DNA of 64,000 nucleotides, taken from the NCBI GenBank assembly GCA_943788195.1, contig CALSPH010000002.1:393054-457053 (forward strand). Reading direction: 5' to 3'. Under the pieces are notes generated by a model. It was given only the letters and a program-made list of their open reading frames with translations, searched no databases and was not told where the DNA came from. The stretch is from an uncultured Bacteroidia bacterium (lineage in GTDB: Bacteria; Bacteroidota; Bacteroidia; NS11-12g; UBA955). Below, one piece after another: positions 1-10,667 of this stretch. Position numbers and translations under genes: made by a program. Each line of letters starts with the position of its first letter. Position 1 is the stretch's first letter.

Positions 1-2
1 AA

Positions 3-992
3 TTAGCTTCCATTGTAGGTAATACCAATGCGAAAAGATCAGCACGTATTCACTCTATATTTAATATCATTGGAGTTTCATGGATGGTTATAATTCTTCC
101 ATGGTTCTTACCAGTGCTCATTAATGTGATGGGGAGTATTTCTGGATTCTTTGGATTTTCAGTAGGCGACCCTTACGCCAATGGCGCAGATATGCCAATT
201 GCGCTATCCGGTTTTCATACTGCATTTAACTTAGCAAATGTTATCCTTCTGCTCGGTTTCGTGCCGTGGCTGGTTAAAGCAGCTATTTGGAGCGTGAAAC
301 AAAAAGAAGATGAAGATGATATAAAGGTGCAATTCATCAATAATTTTATTGGCACACCAGAGTTGGCCGTAGTTGAACTGCAAAAAGAAACTGCCCATTT
401 TGGGGAGATCGTGAGCAGAATGAACCGATATACCAAAGAGTTAATCAACGCGACTGAAGTTAAAACACGACAGAAAAAGCTTAAGAAATTAACTAAGTAT
501 GAACGCATTTCAGATGAGATTGAAATTGAAATCACCGAGTACATCACCAAACTTAGCGACCAAGAATTAACTCCTGGCACAAGTTTAATCTTTAGAAGTG
601 CTTTAAACATTTGCAACGACTTAGAACGAATTGGAGATATTTATTTCCAAATATCAAAAGCCATTGAAGATAAAAATGACAAGAAAATATGGTTTGATCA
701 AGCACAACGCGACAATATCAACGAAATGCTAGACAAAGTTGAAGAAGCGTTTACATTGATGGTGATTAATTTAGAATCAGATTATTCAAGCGTTAACACT
801 GTGCAAGCCAGAAAGATTGAAGACGAAATTAACATTCTGAGAAATACATTCCGTAAGCAAAACACAGAAAAACTGGGTAGCAAAGACTACAATATAAAAT
901 CTGCCATGGTTTATAATAATATTTTCTCCTCTCTTGAACGCGTAGGTGATCATATTATTAATGTAACAGAATCTGTTGCTGGCGAAATCTAA
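3..992 (+). CDS. Na+/Pi cotransporter family protein with C-terminal PhoU-like domains (5'-partial)
   Basis: Frame is open from the window edge (LASIVGNTNAKRSARIHSIFN). Has FHTAFN and two LERIGD/LERVGDH PhoU-type motifs. Confidence 0.85.
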   Translation, partial: LASIVGNTNAKRSARIHSIFNIIGVSWMVIILPWFLPVLINVMGSISGFFGFSVGDPYANGADMPIALSGFHTAFNLANVILLLGFVPWLVKAAIWSVKQKEDEDDIKVQFINNFIGTPELAVVELQKETAHFGEIVSRMNRYTKELINATEVKTRQKKLKKLTKYERISDEIEIEITEYITKLSDQELTPGTSLIFRSALNICNDLERIGDIYFQISKAIEDKNDKKIWFDQAQRDNINEMLDKVEEAFTLMVINLESDYSSVNTVQARKIEDEINILRNTFRKQNTEKLGSKDYNIKSAMVYNNIFSSLERVGDHIINVTESVAGEI

Positions 993-1056
993 TTTGAACC
1001 CTTTTGATAATGGGTTGTTAATTCTGGTAAGTTAAGTTATTGGGTTTGATGATATC

Positions 1057-2178
1057 ATGAAAAAAGAGAATAGATTAAAGGAAGTTGCAAGCGTATTCTT
1101 TAAATTAGGATGCTTTGCATTTGGTGGTCCTGCTGCGCATATCGCCATGATGCAGGAAGAAGTGGTCCATAAACGAAAGTGGATGACAGAGCAACACTTT
1201 CTGGACTTAATGGGGGCAACTAATTTAATACCCGGGCCCAACTCAACAGAAATGACCATGCATTGTGGGCATGAACGAGCTGGGTGGAAAGGCCTTTTTG
1301 TTGCAGGCTTCTGCTTTATTTTTCCTGCAGTAGTTATAACGGGGTTTTTTGCTTGGCTTTATCAGCAGTATGGGGAGTTACCTAATGTGAAACCAATCAT
1401 TTATGGAATTAAGCCTGCGGTTATTGCAATCATTGTAATGGCAGGTTATAAGTTGGGTAAAAAAGCCATAAAGAATACTGAACTCGCTGTTTTGGGTGCC
1501 GCCGCATTGGCGGCTTGTCTTTTAGGGGTAAATGAAATTTTGGTCATTTTTAGTTTTGGCATAATTGGCTTAATCCTGTATTACATAAAACGAAGTAAGT
1601 CAACATTGCATAGCTTCTTACCCCTTGTTTTGCTTCAGACAGTTACACCCAATACCATCAATTCATTCAAAATATTTTTATCCTTTTTAAAAGTAGGTGC
1701 CATTCTATATGGCAGCGGGTATGTGCTTTTTGCATTTTTAGATACTGAATTAGTCGCTAGGGGTTGGCTGAGCAGGCAAGTAATGATTGATGCGGTTGCT
1801 ATTGGACAAATTACTCCAGGCCCGGTATTATCTACGGCCACCTTTATTGGCTGGCAAATGAACGGTGTTACTGGAGCACTAGCTGCTACATTGGGTATTT
1901 TTCTCCCTTCTTTTCTATTCGTATGGCTACTAAACCCCATTATCCCCAAATTAAGCAAATCAAAACTTGCACGTGCCATACTCGATGCAGTTAATGTTGC
2001 AGCAGTTGCGCTAATTGCTGCGGTTTGTATCGAAATGTCAAAAGAGACCCTAACCGATTGGCGAACCATTGTTATCGCAATCATCAGCTTTGTTTTGGTA
2101 TACTTCGTTAAGAAATTCAACAGCGCATATGTAGTAATTATTGGTGCTGTGTTGGGATATTTACTTTATCTGATATAA
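1057..2178 (+). CDS. chrA: Chromate efflux transporter (long-chain CHR)
   Basis: FGGPAAHIAMM, LIPGPNSTE, YGSGYVL and GQITPGP motifs in two homologous halves. Confidence 0.92.
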   Translation: MKKENRLKEVASVFFKLGCFAFGGPAAHIAMMQEEVVHKRKWMTEQHFLDLMGATNLIPGPNSTEMTMHCGHERAGWKGLFVAGFCFIFPAVVITGFFAWLYQQYGELPNVKPIIYGIKPAVIAIIVMAGYKLGKKAIKNTELAVLGAAALAACLLGVNEILVIFSFGIIGLILYYIKRSKSTLHSFLPLVLLQTVTPNTINSFKIFLSFLKVGAILYGSGYVLFAFLDTELVARGWLSRQVMIDAVAIGQITPGPVLSTATFIGWQMNGVTGALAATLGIFLPSFLFVWLLNPIIPKLSKSKLARAILDAVNVAAVALIAAVCIEMSKETLTDWRTIVIAIISFVLVYFVKKFNSAYVVIIGAVLGYLLYLI

Positions 2179-2207
2179 AAAACCTGAAGCAAGCTCCAGG
2201 TTTTTTT
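2177..2207. terminator. Bidirectional intrinsic terminator
   Basis: AAAAAACCTG-AAGCAAGCTC-CAGGTTTTTTT between convergent genes. Confidence 0.7.
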
Positions 2208-3084
2208 ATAACCAAACTAAACCCAACAGACTCAGCACAATGGCTATTTTGAGTAAGTTATTGCCTATGCTAGCATAGTTTGGATTCAACTTTTTATGCA
2301 AAATAAATACCGCCATTATGAGCATGAGCCAAATGACACTCATGATCCAAAGAGAATAATGTGCCCATCCATTGTTTATTCCAAACCAAACTAAAGGCAC
2401 AAAAGCCAATAATGTACACAGTCTCAAGAATTGTAAAAATCGTTTTGGGTTGTTTATAATTGAGGTTGAATAATAAGAGTAAACGGCCTTTCCCTTAATT
2501 TGCTCTTGATCTTTTATCCCTTCGCGAATAAGAATGATAAAGAAGATAAACCAACCATACAAGAACATATCCGTGTTAATTACCTGATAATGCAACGTAA
2601 TACTAAAAAATGAAGCAATGGTAAGTAAGGTGGCTGATAACTCCCGCACGTAAGGGATACGTTTTAGCTTATGCGAATAAAACCATAAAAGAAAACTAAA
2701 GCCCAAAAAGAATAATCCAATTTTAAATGAAGCAATAAATGCGATCAAAAGACCTGTTCCAACAAACAGAACATAGGTGTTGAGTAAAAAATTCTTACTG
2801 ATTACCATGAACAGTCGTGTGCGTTTCGGGTAGTTTATTAAATCGACCTCTTTATCGTAATAAAAGTTGATTAAGTAACCCGCTGCAATGAAAATGGTGG
2901 TACATAAAACAATGATATGCAGTTTTGCATCCAACAGGATATCCCATCGGTCATACCATTGATTAAAAACAAAAAAAGCCGCTATATACTGGGCTAAAAC
3001 CGTCAACAAGATATTATACCATCTCGTGATTGATAATAAAACCGTTGCTTTAAAGATCAATGAATTCTTTGATCTAGGGGCCAT
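2206..3084 (-). CDS. UbiA-family prenyltransferase (DGGGP-synthase-like)
   Basis: Multi-TM protein with R-x-x-N start motif, AAGYLIN..YD..VD.IN.P and WFYSHKLKR. Lies in the mevalonate cluster. Confidence 0.8.
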   Translation of the reverse strand: MAPRSKNSLIFKATVLLSITRWYNILLTVLAQYIAAFFVFNQWYDRWDILLDAKLHIIVLCTTIFIAAGYLINFYYDKEVDLINYPKRTRLFMVISKNFLLNTYVLFVGTGLLIAFIASFKIGLFFLGFSFLLWFYSHKLKRIPYVRELSATLLTIASFFSITLHYQVINTDMFLYGWFIFFIILIREGIKDQEQIKGKAVYSYYSTSIINNPKRFLQFLRLCTLLAFVPLVWFGINNGWAHYSLWIMSVIWLMLIMAVFILHKKLNPNYASIGNNLLKIAIVLSLLGLVWL

Positions 3085-3089
3085 GATAA

Positions 3090-4031
3090 TTATAGATTAC
3101 AAACTACTTCGAGTTCATGTGACTTCAATAGGCGCCTTGTTTCATCTATATCCTTGGTAAAGCCCAAGATATAGCCTCCTCCTCCACTTCCGCAGAGCTT
3201 TAAGTAATACGCATTATTCTCAAGACCTTTTCGCCAGATATCCTCTAAATTAGCTGGTATCATGGGTTTAAAGTTTTCAAACAACAAAGCGCTTAACTTC
3301 TTCAAGTTCCTAAATAAAGGTGCAGAATCTTGTTCCAAATAGGCCTTAATGCAAGCATCATTATATTTCTTTAAGGTGGTTTTTACCATCTTTCTAAAAC
3401 CTTGCTCTTTACATTTCTCCATAAAGATACTCACCATACTACTAGTGCTGCCAGGATGCCCACTGTTAATTAAGAAAATCGCCCCTTTGTTGGGTTCATC
3501 GATTGGCATAACGGTGGTTCCTACTTCTTCTTTTGATTTAATTAAGACAGGCAATTTCAAGTAACAAATCAATGGATCTAATCCTGAACTCTTCCCATGA
3601 AAATACGACTCTATTTGCCCCAACTCTTGCTTAATTTGCGTGATTATTTTGGGGTCGTTCCATTCTGAATCGCTGGATAAATTCAATCCATATTTACTAT
3701 ACAAGGCCGCCACTAGAGCACCAGAGCTGCCTATACCAAATCCCTGTGGGATACTGCTATCAAATGACAACCCATTTGCAATGTCCAAATCTAATTGTTC
3801 CAAATCCAATGACGCAATAAGTTCATTGTTATCATTCAGTCCTTTTAAATAGTTAAATAGTTTGGCCAAATTCAAATTCGACATTTTAGCAATTTCTGAA
3901 TCATCACTGAGAGTCAATTTGCCATAAAACTGATTGTAAGGAATGGATAGACCCATCGAGTCTTCAATTATGCCATACTCACCAAACAGGAGTATTTTGG
4001 AATAAAACAAGGTATCTTTAACTAATCCCAC
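3090..4031 (-). CDS. mvk: Mevalonate kinase (GHMP kinase)
   Basis: SKILLFGEY, IPQGFGIGSSGA, FHGKSSGLDP and KLCGSGGGG. Probable GTG start at 4031. Confidence 0.88.
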   Translation of the reverse strand: MGLVKDTLFYSKILLFGEYGIIEDSMGLSIPYNQFYGKLTLSDDSEIAKMSNLNLAKLFNYLKGLNDNNELIASLDLEQLDLDIANGLSFDSSIPQGFGIGSSGALVAALYSKYGLNLSSDSEWNDPKIITQIKQELGQIESYFHGKSSGLDPLICYLKLPVLIKSKEEVGTTVMPIDEPNKGAIFLINSGHPGSTSSMVSIFMEKCKEQGFRKMVKTTLKKYNDACIKAYLEQDSAPLFRNLKKLSALLFENFKPMIPANLEDIWRKGLENNAYYLKLCGSGGGGYILGFTKDIDETRRLLKSHELEVVCNL

Positions 4032-4033
4032 GA

Positions 4034-5068
4034 TTATAATTGTTTTGGGCCATTTCCAATGGAACTGCAAATATACTTATTTTCTTGGCAGTACTGTAAA
4101 AGGTGCTCTCCAGCAAATTGAAAGATCGCATCTTGCTCCTCTTGAGGGAATAAAACATGAACATTGGCTCCTGCATCTAAGGTAACAACAGGCCGCAGTC
4201 CAGTTTGTTTTCTAAAATCCCAAACTTTTTCTATGATGGCCAATGTGTTCGGGCGCATCAATACGAAGTATGGATTAGATGTCATCATCAAGGCGTGCAA
4301 CATCATGGCTTCTGATTCAACAATATGGGTAAAAAGCCCCAAGTCGCCTTCTTTCAAGGCTTTTTTCATGAGTGACATGTTTTTCCCTGCCTCCTCATAA
4401 CGCGCTGAAGCAAATGGGTGATTATTCAGCAGGCTATGACCTAAGGTACTGCTCACCAATTTCTTCCCTTCATCCACCAATAAAATCATATCCTTAAATC
4501 CATAGAAGCCACTAAAAACTTCTTTCTCAGAAAGTTGAGTAGCAAATTCATCACTACTGCCCACATAATCTTTGTGAGCACCCCAAGAAACCAATCCACC
4601 ATACAAGGATCTACAAGCACTTCCAGAACCTAGACGAGCTGCAACACTTGCTTTGCGATAAAAGTCTAAGGTCTTGTTTCCTTCTACGTGCTCCTCAATG
4701 GAACACAAGCATAAAGCCAAGGCACTCATTCCACTCGCAGATGATGCAATACCACTGCTGTGTGGAAAGGTATTAACTGTGTTAATTACAATTTTAAACT
4801 GTTTCGTAAAGGTAAAAAGATGTGCAGTTCTATTCAGAAACTGAATAATTTTACCTTCAAACTCTGGAATTTCCTTGCTGTCATACTTTACTAAAATTTC
4901 AAAATCGTCTTTTGTAGTCTTTTCTTCTAAACTAACTTTGGTAATGGTTTTAGCTTCATTGAGTGTAAAGCTTATTGAAGGATTTGCAGGCAATTGTATG
5001 CCCATTTTACCCCAATATTTTACTAAGGCTATATTACTTGGACTTTCCCATTTTGAACTTATGTTCAT
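4034..5068 (-). CDS. mvaD: Diphosphomevalonate decarboxylase
   Basis: PSNIALVKYWGK, FPHSSGIASSAS, RLGSGSACRS and TLDAGANVH. Confidence 0.92.
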   Translation of the reverse strand: MNISSKWESPSNIALVKYWGKMGIQLPANPSISFTLNEAKTITKVSLEEKTTKDDFEILVKYDSKEIPEFEGKIIQFLNRTAHLFTFTKQFKIVINTVNTFPHSSGIASSASGMSALALCLCSIEEHVEGNKTLDFYRKASVAARLGSGSACRSLYGGLVSWGAHKDYVGSSDEFATQLSEKEVFSGFYGFKDMILLVDEGKKLVSSTLGHSLLNNHPFASARYEEAGKNMSLMKKALKEGDLGLFTHIVESEAMMLHALMMTSNPYFVLMRPNTLAIIEKVWDFRKQTGLRPVVTLDAGANVHVLFPQEEQDAIFQFAGEHLLQYCQENKYICSSIGNGPKQL

Positions 5069-5179
5069 CACAACAAAAGTAACCAATGATCAAATTAAAG
5101 GTTCATTATGATATACACATTAGATAAAGGTGTAACTTATACCCATAATCTTTAGCTTTGTGCTTCAAATTATCTCATT

Positions 5180-5827
5180 ATGTTGCGCATACAAAAATTC
5201 ACTTTTAACCCCTTTCAAGAAAACACTTATGTTATTGTAAACGGGTCAACCGCTATTTTAATTGATCCCGGTATGAGCAATAAAATAGAAGAGGAAGAGT
5301 TGATTTCATTTCTCAAGGCACACAACTTAATCTTAGAAGCGGTGTGGCTCACCCATGCACATATTGATCATATTATGGGAATTGGATTCATACAGACTCA
5401 TTTTGATGTTCCATTTTATATGCATAGTTTAGAGCATGAAAATTTAAAAAGTGGCCCATTGGTAGCCAAAGCATATGGTATCCCGTTTAACGATTTTGAA
5501 GCGTTCTCCCCTTTTCTTTTAGATGATATGGAAAGGATATCAATCAATGACCAAACCTTTGAAATAATATTTGCGCCTGGACACAGTGCTGGAAGTATGT
5601 GCTTTTATCATAAAGACACCGGACAACTCATTGGAGGTGACGTACTATTTAGGCAAAGCATAGGAAGAACAGATTTGCCGGGTGGTGATTTTGAAACATT
5701 GCAGCAATCCATTCAGCAGAAAGTATATCTTCTTCCTGATGACACCACTGTATATTCGGGTCATGGTCCTGAGACCACCATTGGTTATGAAAAAGTAAAT
5801 AACGCCTTTATAAAAGCGCTCAATTGA
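5180..5827 (+). CDS. MBL-fold metallo-hydrolase (glyoxalase II/YcbL-like)
   Basis: THAHIDH, APGHS, GDVLF..SIGRTD and SGHG motifs. Confidence 0.9.
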   Translation: MLRIQKFTFNPFQENTYVIVNGSTAILIDPGMSNKIEEEELISFLKAHNLILEAVWLTHAHIDHIMGIGFIQTHFDVPFYMHSLEHENLKSGPLVAKAYGIPFNDFEAFSPFLLDDMERISINDQTFEIIFAPGHSAGSMCFYHKDTGQLIGGDVLFRQSIGRTDLPGGDFETLQQSIQQKVYLLPDDTTVYSGHGPETTIGYEKVNNAFIKALN

Positions 5828-5829
5828 TT

Positions 5830-7044
5830 TTATTTGGCAGTTTCTCCACCTTTACCTGAAAGCGATGCCATATCAAACAGCAAGCTAAATCGCAATTGAT
5901 TGGATAAAGGGTGTTGGTTGCCATTGGTAGGGGCAACATACGTTACATCCAAACCAAATACGTTATATCGTATACCCAAACCAAGGGTTAAAAATTGTCG
6001 ATCTCCTTTTAATTCATTCTCGTGAAAATAACCGATACGGGCAGCAAATTGCTTCTGATACCACCATTCAAATCCAAAAGAGAGATTGTATTCTTTTAAC
6101 TCCTCACTAAATCCATCTGGAGCATCTGAAAATGATTGTAGCATACCTGCTATTGTTCCAACATCTGGATTTTTACCTTTAACGATAATTAATTGACCCG
6201 TTGCTGTATCACGAATTACTTGTGGATTCGTTGGCACCAAAAGTTTATTGATATCCGTAGTAAACATAATGCTGTTGTACTCATCTATATCCATGTTTAA
6301 GGCTCCACCAATTCTAAGATTTGTAGGAATAAAATCTCTTGCTGTATTATCAGTATACGTGATTTTTGCACCGATGTTGCTAATATTTGCACCCAAAGCA
6401 AGCTTTGAGTTGTATTTTTTCATTTTACTGTTCTTTAACTTGGTTTGATAAAACCATGAAATATCACCTGCTCCAGAACGTCCTGGTCTTACATTGGCAC
6501 TGGTAAAACTTCTTGGTACTAAGTTAGAGTTGATATAACGCAAGGTTACACCAATTGACATTTTCTTACTTAAAGCGGTTGATATACCTGCATCCAATGC
6601 AAACTCGTTTGGAGTACTGTTACCTAACGAGTTACCAAAGTTGTCAGTATATGCGATATTTCCAAGCGAAAAATATCTAAATGAACCTCCAATAGCAAAA
6701 CGATCTCCTACTTTGCTGTAACCAGATAAATATGAATGGTGCATATCGTTAACAATCTTTCTTAACCACGGGGCATAAGAAAGGCTAAAGCCATTGTCTT
6801 TCTCCGCAAATACAAGTTTGGACATATTCCAATACACTGAGTTTACATCTGGACTAATTGCAACACCTGCTTCTCCCAATGCTGCTGAACGAGAATCAGG
6901 AGCAATACCTAAAAAGGGAACGGAAGTAGTAACAGTATTTAGCTGGCCCGAAATAGTACTATTATTAATCGGAGTCTGTGCTTTAACTGACTGATTAGCA
7001 AACAGTAATGTAGTAACGACTAATATGCCTTTATTTATTTTCAT
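5830..7044 (-). CDS. porV: T9SS outer-membrane shuttle PorV
   Basis: TTSVPFLGIAPDSRSAALGE, SYAPWLRKIVND and PTNLRIG. Directly downstream of porU. Confidence 0.92.
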   Translation of the reverse strand: MKINKGILVVTTLLFANQSVKAQTPINNSTISGQLNTVTTSVPFLGIAPDSRSAALGEAGVAISPDVNSVYWNMSKLVFAEKDNGFSLSYAPWLRKIVNDMHHSYLSGYSKVGDRFAIGGSFRYFSLGNIAYTDNFGNSLGNSTPNEFALDAGISTALSKKMSIGVTLRYINSNLVPRSFTSANVRPGRSGAGDISWFYQTKLKNSKMKKYNSKLALGANISNIGAKITYTDNTARDFIPTNLRIGGALNMDIDEYNSIMFTTDINKLLVPTNPQVIRDTATGQLIIVKGKNPDVGTIAGMLQSFSDAPDGFSEELKEYNLSFGFEWWYQKQFAARIGYFHENELKGDRQFLTLGLGIRYNVFGLDVTYVAPTNGNQHPLSNQLRFSLLFDMASLSGKGGETAK

Positions 7045-7104
7045 ATAAATTATGTGTGCAAAAGTAATTGTTTAAATGGTTTTTTAGTAATCGACACCCT
7101 TTTT

Positions 7105-10100
7105 CTATTGTTTGGCATAAACGATTTTTTCTGTATGAGATTTAACCTCTCCATCTGATGTGGTAAGCGTACAACGCAGGATATACATACCCGATTTAAG
7201 ATAAGTAATCCAATTGTTTCCCTGATTCATTTCAAACTCTATATGCTGATGCACAGCACTTAGGTTGCGAGTATGATCAATAACTATTTTACCGTTTAAA
7301 TTCATTAATTGACTTTTAATTACCATATCCACTCCAGGTCTATTGTGATCAATAATTATCCGTGGATTGCTAGAAAACGGGTTAGGCACACTTCTTATTG
7401 TGTAGATTTTAAATTCTTCTGTCTTTTTTCCGACATGAAATGTAATTGAAGACTCACTAGAGTTATTATAGGTATCCCAAACCTTCAAATGCAAGGTGTG
7501 AAAGCCAGCTGATAAATCAGACATTTGGTATCCAATTTCACCCTTTTTAAAGGTGCCAGGGGAACTGGTGTAAAAATCATTTACGATAATCTGTTGCTCC
7601 AAATCTGTCCCCTTATCTAAGGTTAAAACGATGTTTCTTCCAATTCCAGAAGAACTCAAATTAATTCCATGATCATCAAATAAATCGGCTATAAGGAAAG
7701 GCGTTTCATCTGTTGACCCACCATTAATAAATGTTCGGTCATCAATAAACAATTTAATTTGTGGACCCAATTCATCTGCTTCAGGGTTTTCGGCAGCTCC
7801 TCCGATATAAATATCATTCTTAACCCCAGCAGCATCATCGATATTGTTGTGTCCATATAGGCTTATTTTACCAAACCCAACTTGATAATTGATATCCTTA
7901 GGGACAATAAAAGAAAAAGCGTATTTACCGTCTTTTGCCAAAACCTTACCGCTGTAAATGATACTGCGCTGATGCTTGTAATCATAAGAGATTCCTTCGG
8001 CTCCGTTACCCAAGGTTTTTTCATCCAATGGTTTATCAAAAATGGTTACATCAATAAGACCCTCAAAATCTGACCATGGGCTTCCATCCCTTAATTCAAG
8101 GTGACCGGATATTGAAACTTTCGATAGCGCCTCAAACGTATCCAGTGGAGCCGCATCATGCCCATTGATGGTATCAATCAATATGCGATTTTTTGGCTTC
8201 GCTAATCGCATGGATGGATCTCCAATAAGCGTAAACCTGCGATCATTGCTATTAATGCTTGGCCTATTTTTCGTACGCATATAAATATCTCCGATTCGGT
8301 CGAAACTATTATCGGCAAGGATATTATTAGTCCAAACCCCTTGATTTAAACTAAAATTTGGACCAGAATACACGATTCGTGTAGTGGTTAACAATGCAAC
8401 TGGACCACCTACTGCATTCAACATCATATGCTCCCCTGCAGATTTCTCCTTCGGGTTATCATAAGAAGTTAATTCACAAGTAGCGGTTACAAAAACAGGC
8501 ATTTGATATCTATTTTCCCATCCATCGATTTGATCAACGGTAACCACACGTTCTTTCGCCATTCCAGCTACTCCACCATGACCTATGTAATTAAACACCA
8601 GTGTGCCTTTATTCATGGTTTCATCAATTTCATTGGATGCTTCTGGATAAGAACCTGCACCTCCTAATAAAACTTCTTTGTACGCATCCATATATATTTT
8701 AGATGGATTGTAGATTGGGTGGTTAGTCTGTGATGTGGATTCTAAGGATTCAGAGTGAAATAAATGAGCACTATCCCATTTTTCATCCATATCATCTGCT
8801 AAGAATGTGATGCCCAAACGCCATTTTCCAAAACTTTTTGGACTATCATATCGCATTAGCTTTTCAACCACTTTGTTGGCTTCATCTTCACTTCCAACTG
8901 GAATTCTTCCTATACTAATTTCGAGGCGTTGATTGCTTAACCATAGACCATCTGAATTGTCTAAAAAGCCATAATAGTCATCACTGCAATACGACCCTAC
9001 ATCCGAATTTGAATTATCACTCTCAAAGGTTGGGACAAAATTGGTGTTGCTTTCAACACGATTTTTATAATCATAAGATGCATCGCCAAATAGTAATAGA
9101 TATTTCAAATCACTTCCCCCGTCTCTATAATAAAGATAACGCATAAAATCGCGTATAGCCGTTATGTCCTGTATCCCAGAAGAGAACTCATTATAAATGG
9201 TTTGCGGGGCAATCACTTCTACCGTGAGCTTATCATGATCTCGCCTGTGCTGCGCTAATTTGTTGGCTGCGCTCCAAAAGGCTGGATGTGCAATAATGAC
9301 CATATCTGGTGGGGTGATACCTGCAATATTTTGGTTGGATACGCCACCCTCATCCACTGGTTTAAGTAATCCAGTACCATCAAAGCTCACGAATCGAAAA
9401 GTACCGCCATTGTTTTCTGCAACAAAGCGACTTTCAGAACCGGAAACTGTTGTATTCATTAATTGAATAGACCATGGGTTAGATATATTCCAAAACGAAT
9501 ACGTTTTACCCCCATTCTGCATTACAAACTCGCTAGTTGCTTTACCAATGATATCTTCATTTTGAATAATACGATTATTGCCCAGTACCAATTCTGATTT
9601 AGCAATCATCTCAAAGTAGTCTAAATAGCCCAAGGAATTGTTCCCTCCTTTTGAATAAGCAATGCGCAACAAATTATTCGCATTTACATTAGGGGTGTAT
9701 TGTACCAACGATTCAGTATACCGAATGTCACCTGATTCTTCAGACCCATACAATCCGCCAACATTCCCAATATTTACACCATTGAATTGATAACTCACAC
9801 TACTCGTTGCTCCCCCACCGGCAAATTTGATTTTAAGCTTGGCAGGAATGCCTGGTGCAGGATTAGGAACTGCTATATTGAAATCCAATGAACTGGATTC
9901 TTGAAAAATCTCGCCATGGTAATCTTTGCCACTTTTATAAATTTTATGTTCTTCTAGTTCATGAAATGAGAGATGATCATATGTACGCACTGTATTATCT
10001 GGTGTTTTCGAACTGGAGTTTAATGCTTGAATTCTTTTTCCAGCGGTTCCGCCAAACGTCATAAAGTAAATCGTTTTATCACTGTAGAGGTTAACTTCAT

Positions 10101-10509
10101 GATAATATCCATTCACTCCCCTTTTCCATTTATGGGGCGCTTCTCCCCAAAACAGAATATAATCCGACTCATTCAACACCCCATCTCCACCATCAACCAC
10201 TTGAATAGCAATCTCATCTAAATTAAAACTACGCGCAACGTTGTTTTCCGGGTTCATCATACCCCCATGGTTGCCAAATAGTTTAATTGTTGCAGGGTCG
10301 ATAGAATTGATATCCCATCCCCAATTTTTAATATCTGCGCCAGTAACCTGATGTACTCCATTCAAGGTTACGTTTAATTTACGCCAAACGCCATTTGCAA
10401 GAGGTGAATTTATTTTACTAATATTCTGTGCTTGCATTACTTCTCCGTTAAACATCGCTAAAATTAGAATTATAACGCTTAACCGTTTGAAGCAAATGGG
10501 TTTGTTCAT
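7105..10509 (-). CDS. porU: T9SS sortase PorU (C25 peptidase family)
   Basis: IYNEFSSG.QD.TAIRDF, LLFGDASYDYK, NYIGHGG...TATC, HTLHLKVWDTYNN and a C-terminal CTD. Confidence 0.92.
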   Translation of the reverse strand: MNKPICFKRLSVIILILAMFNGEVMQAQNISKINSPLANGVWRKLNVTLNGVHQVTGADIKNWGWDINSIDPATIKLFGNHGGMMNPENNVARSFNLDEIAIQVVDGGDGVLNESDYILFWGEAPHKWKRGVNGYYHEVNLYSDKTIYFMTFGGTAGKRIQALNSSSKTPDNTVRTYDHLSFHELEEHKIYKSGKDYHGEIFQESSSLDFNIAVPNPAPGIPAKLKIKFAGGGATSSVSYQFNGVNIGNVGGLYGSEESGDIRYTESLVQYTPNVNANNLLRIAYSKGGNNSLGYLDYFEMIAKSELVLGNNRIIQNEDIIGKATSEFVMQNGGKTYSFWNISNPWSIQLMNTTVSGSESRFVAENNGGTFRFVSFDGTGLLKPVDEGGVSNQNIAGITPPDMVIIAHPAFWSAANKLAQHRRDHDKLTVEVIAPQTIYNEFSSGIQDITAIRDFMRYLYYRDGGSDLKYLLLFGDASYDYKNRVESNTNFVPTFESDNSNSDVGSYCSDDYYGFLDNSDGLWLSNQRLEISIGRIPVGSEDEANKVVEKLMRYDSPKSFGKWRLGITFLADDMDEKWDSAHLFHSESLESTSQTNHPIYNPSKIYMDAYKEVLLGGAGSYPEASNEIDETMNKGTLVFNYIGHGGVAGMAKERVVTVDQIDGWENRYQMPVFVTATCELTSYDNPKEKSAGEHMMLNAVGGPVALLTTTRIVYSGPNFSLNQGVWTNNILADNSFDRIGDIYMRTKNRPSINSNDRRFTLIGDPSMRLAKPKNRILIDTINGHDAAPLDTFEALSKVSISGHLELRDGSPWSDFEGLIDVTIFDKPLDEKTLGNGAEGISYDYKHQRSIIYSGKVLAKDGKYAFSFIVPKDINYQVGFGKISLYGHNNIDDAAGVKNDIYIGGAAENPEADELGPQIKLFIDDRTFINGGSTDETPFLIADLFDDHGINLSSSGIGRNIVLTLDKGTDLEQQIIVNDFYTSSPGTFKKGEIGYQMSDLSAGFHTLHLKVWDTYNNSSESSITFHVGKKTEEFKIYTIRSVPNPFSSNPRIIIDHNRPGVDMVIKSQLMNLNGKIVIDHTRNLSAVHQHIEFEMNQGNNWITYLKSGMYILRCTLTTSDGEVKSHTEKIVYAKQ

Positions 10510-10667
10510 CTTAAATTATTTTTTTTTAAACAGTGGACTTTGTTGTATCTTTGAGTGTTTATTATATCAAACAACCTCTAAACGAAGTTACGGATAAAAT
10601 ATTTTATTCCGAATTACGTTTCAATGTTATGACCAAAAAATTATATTTGCACTAATTACATTATTAC

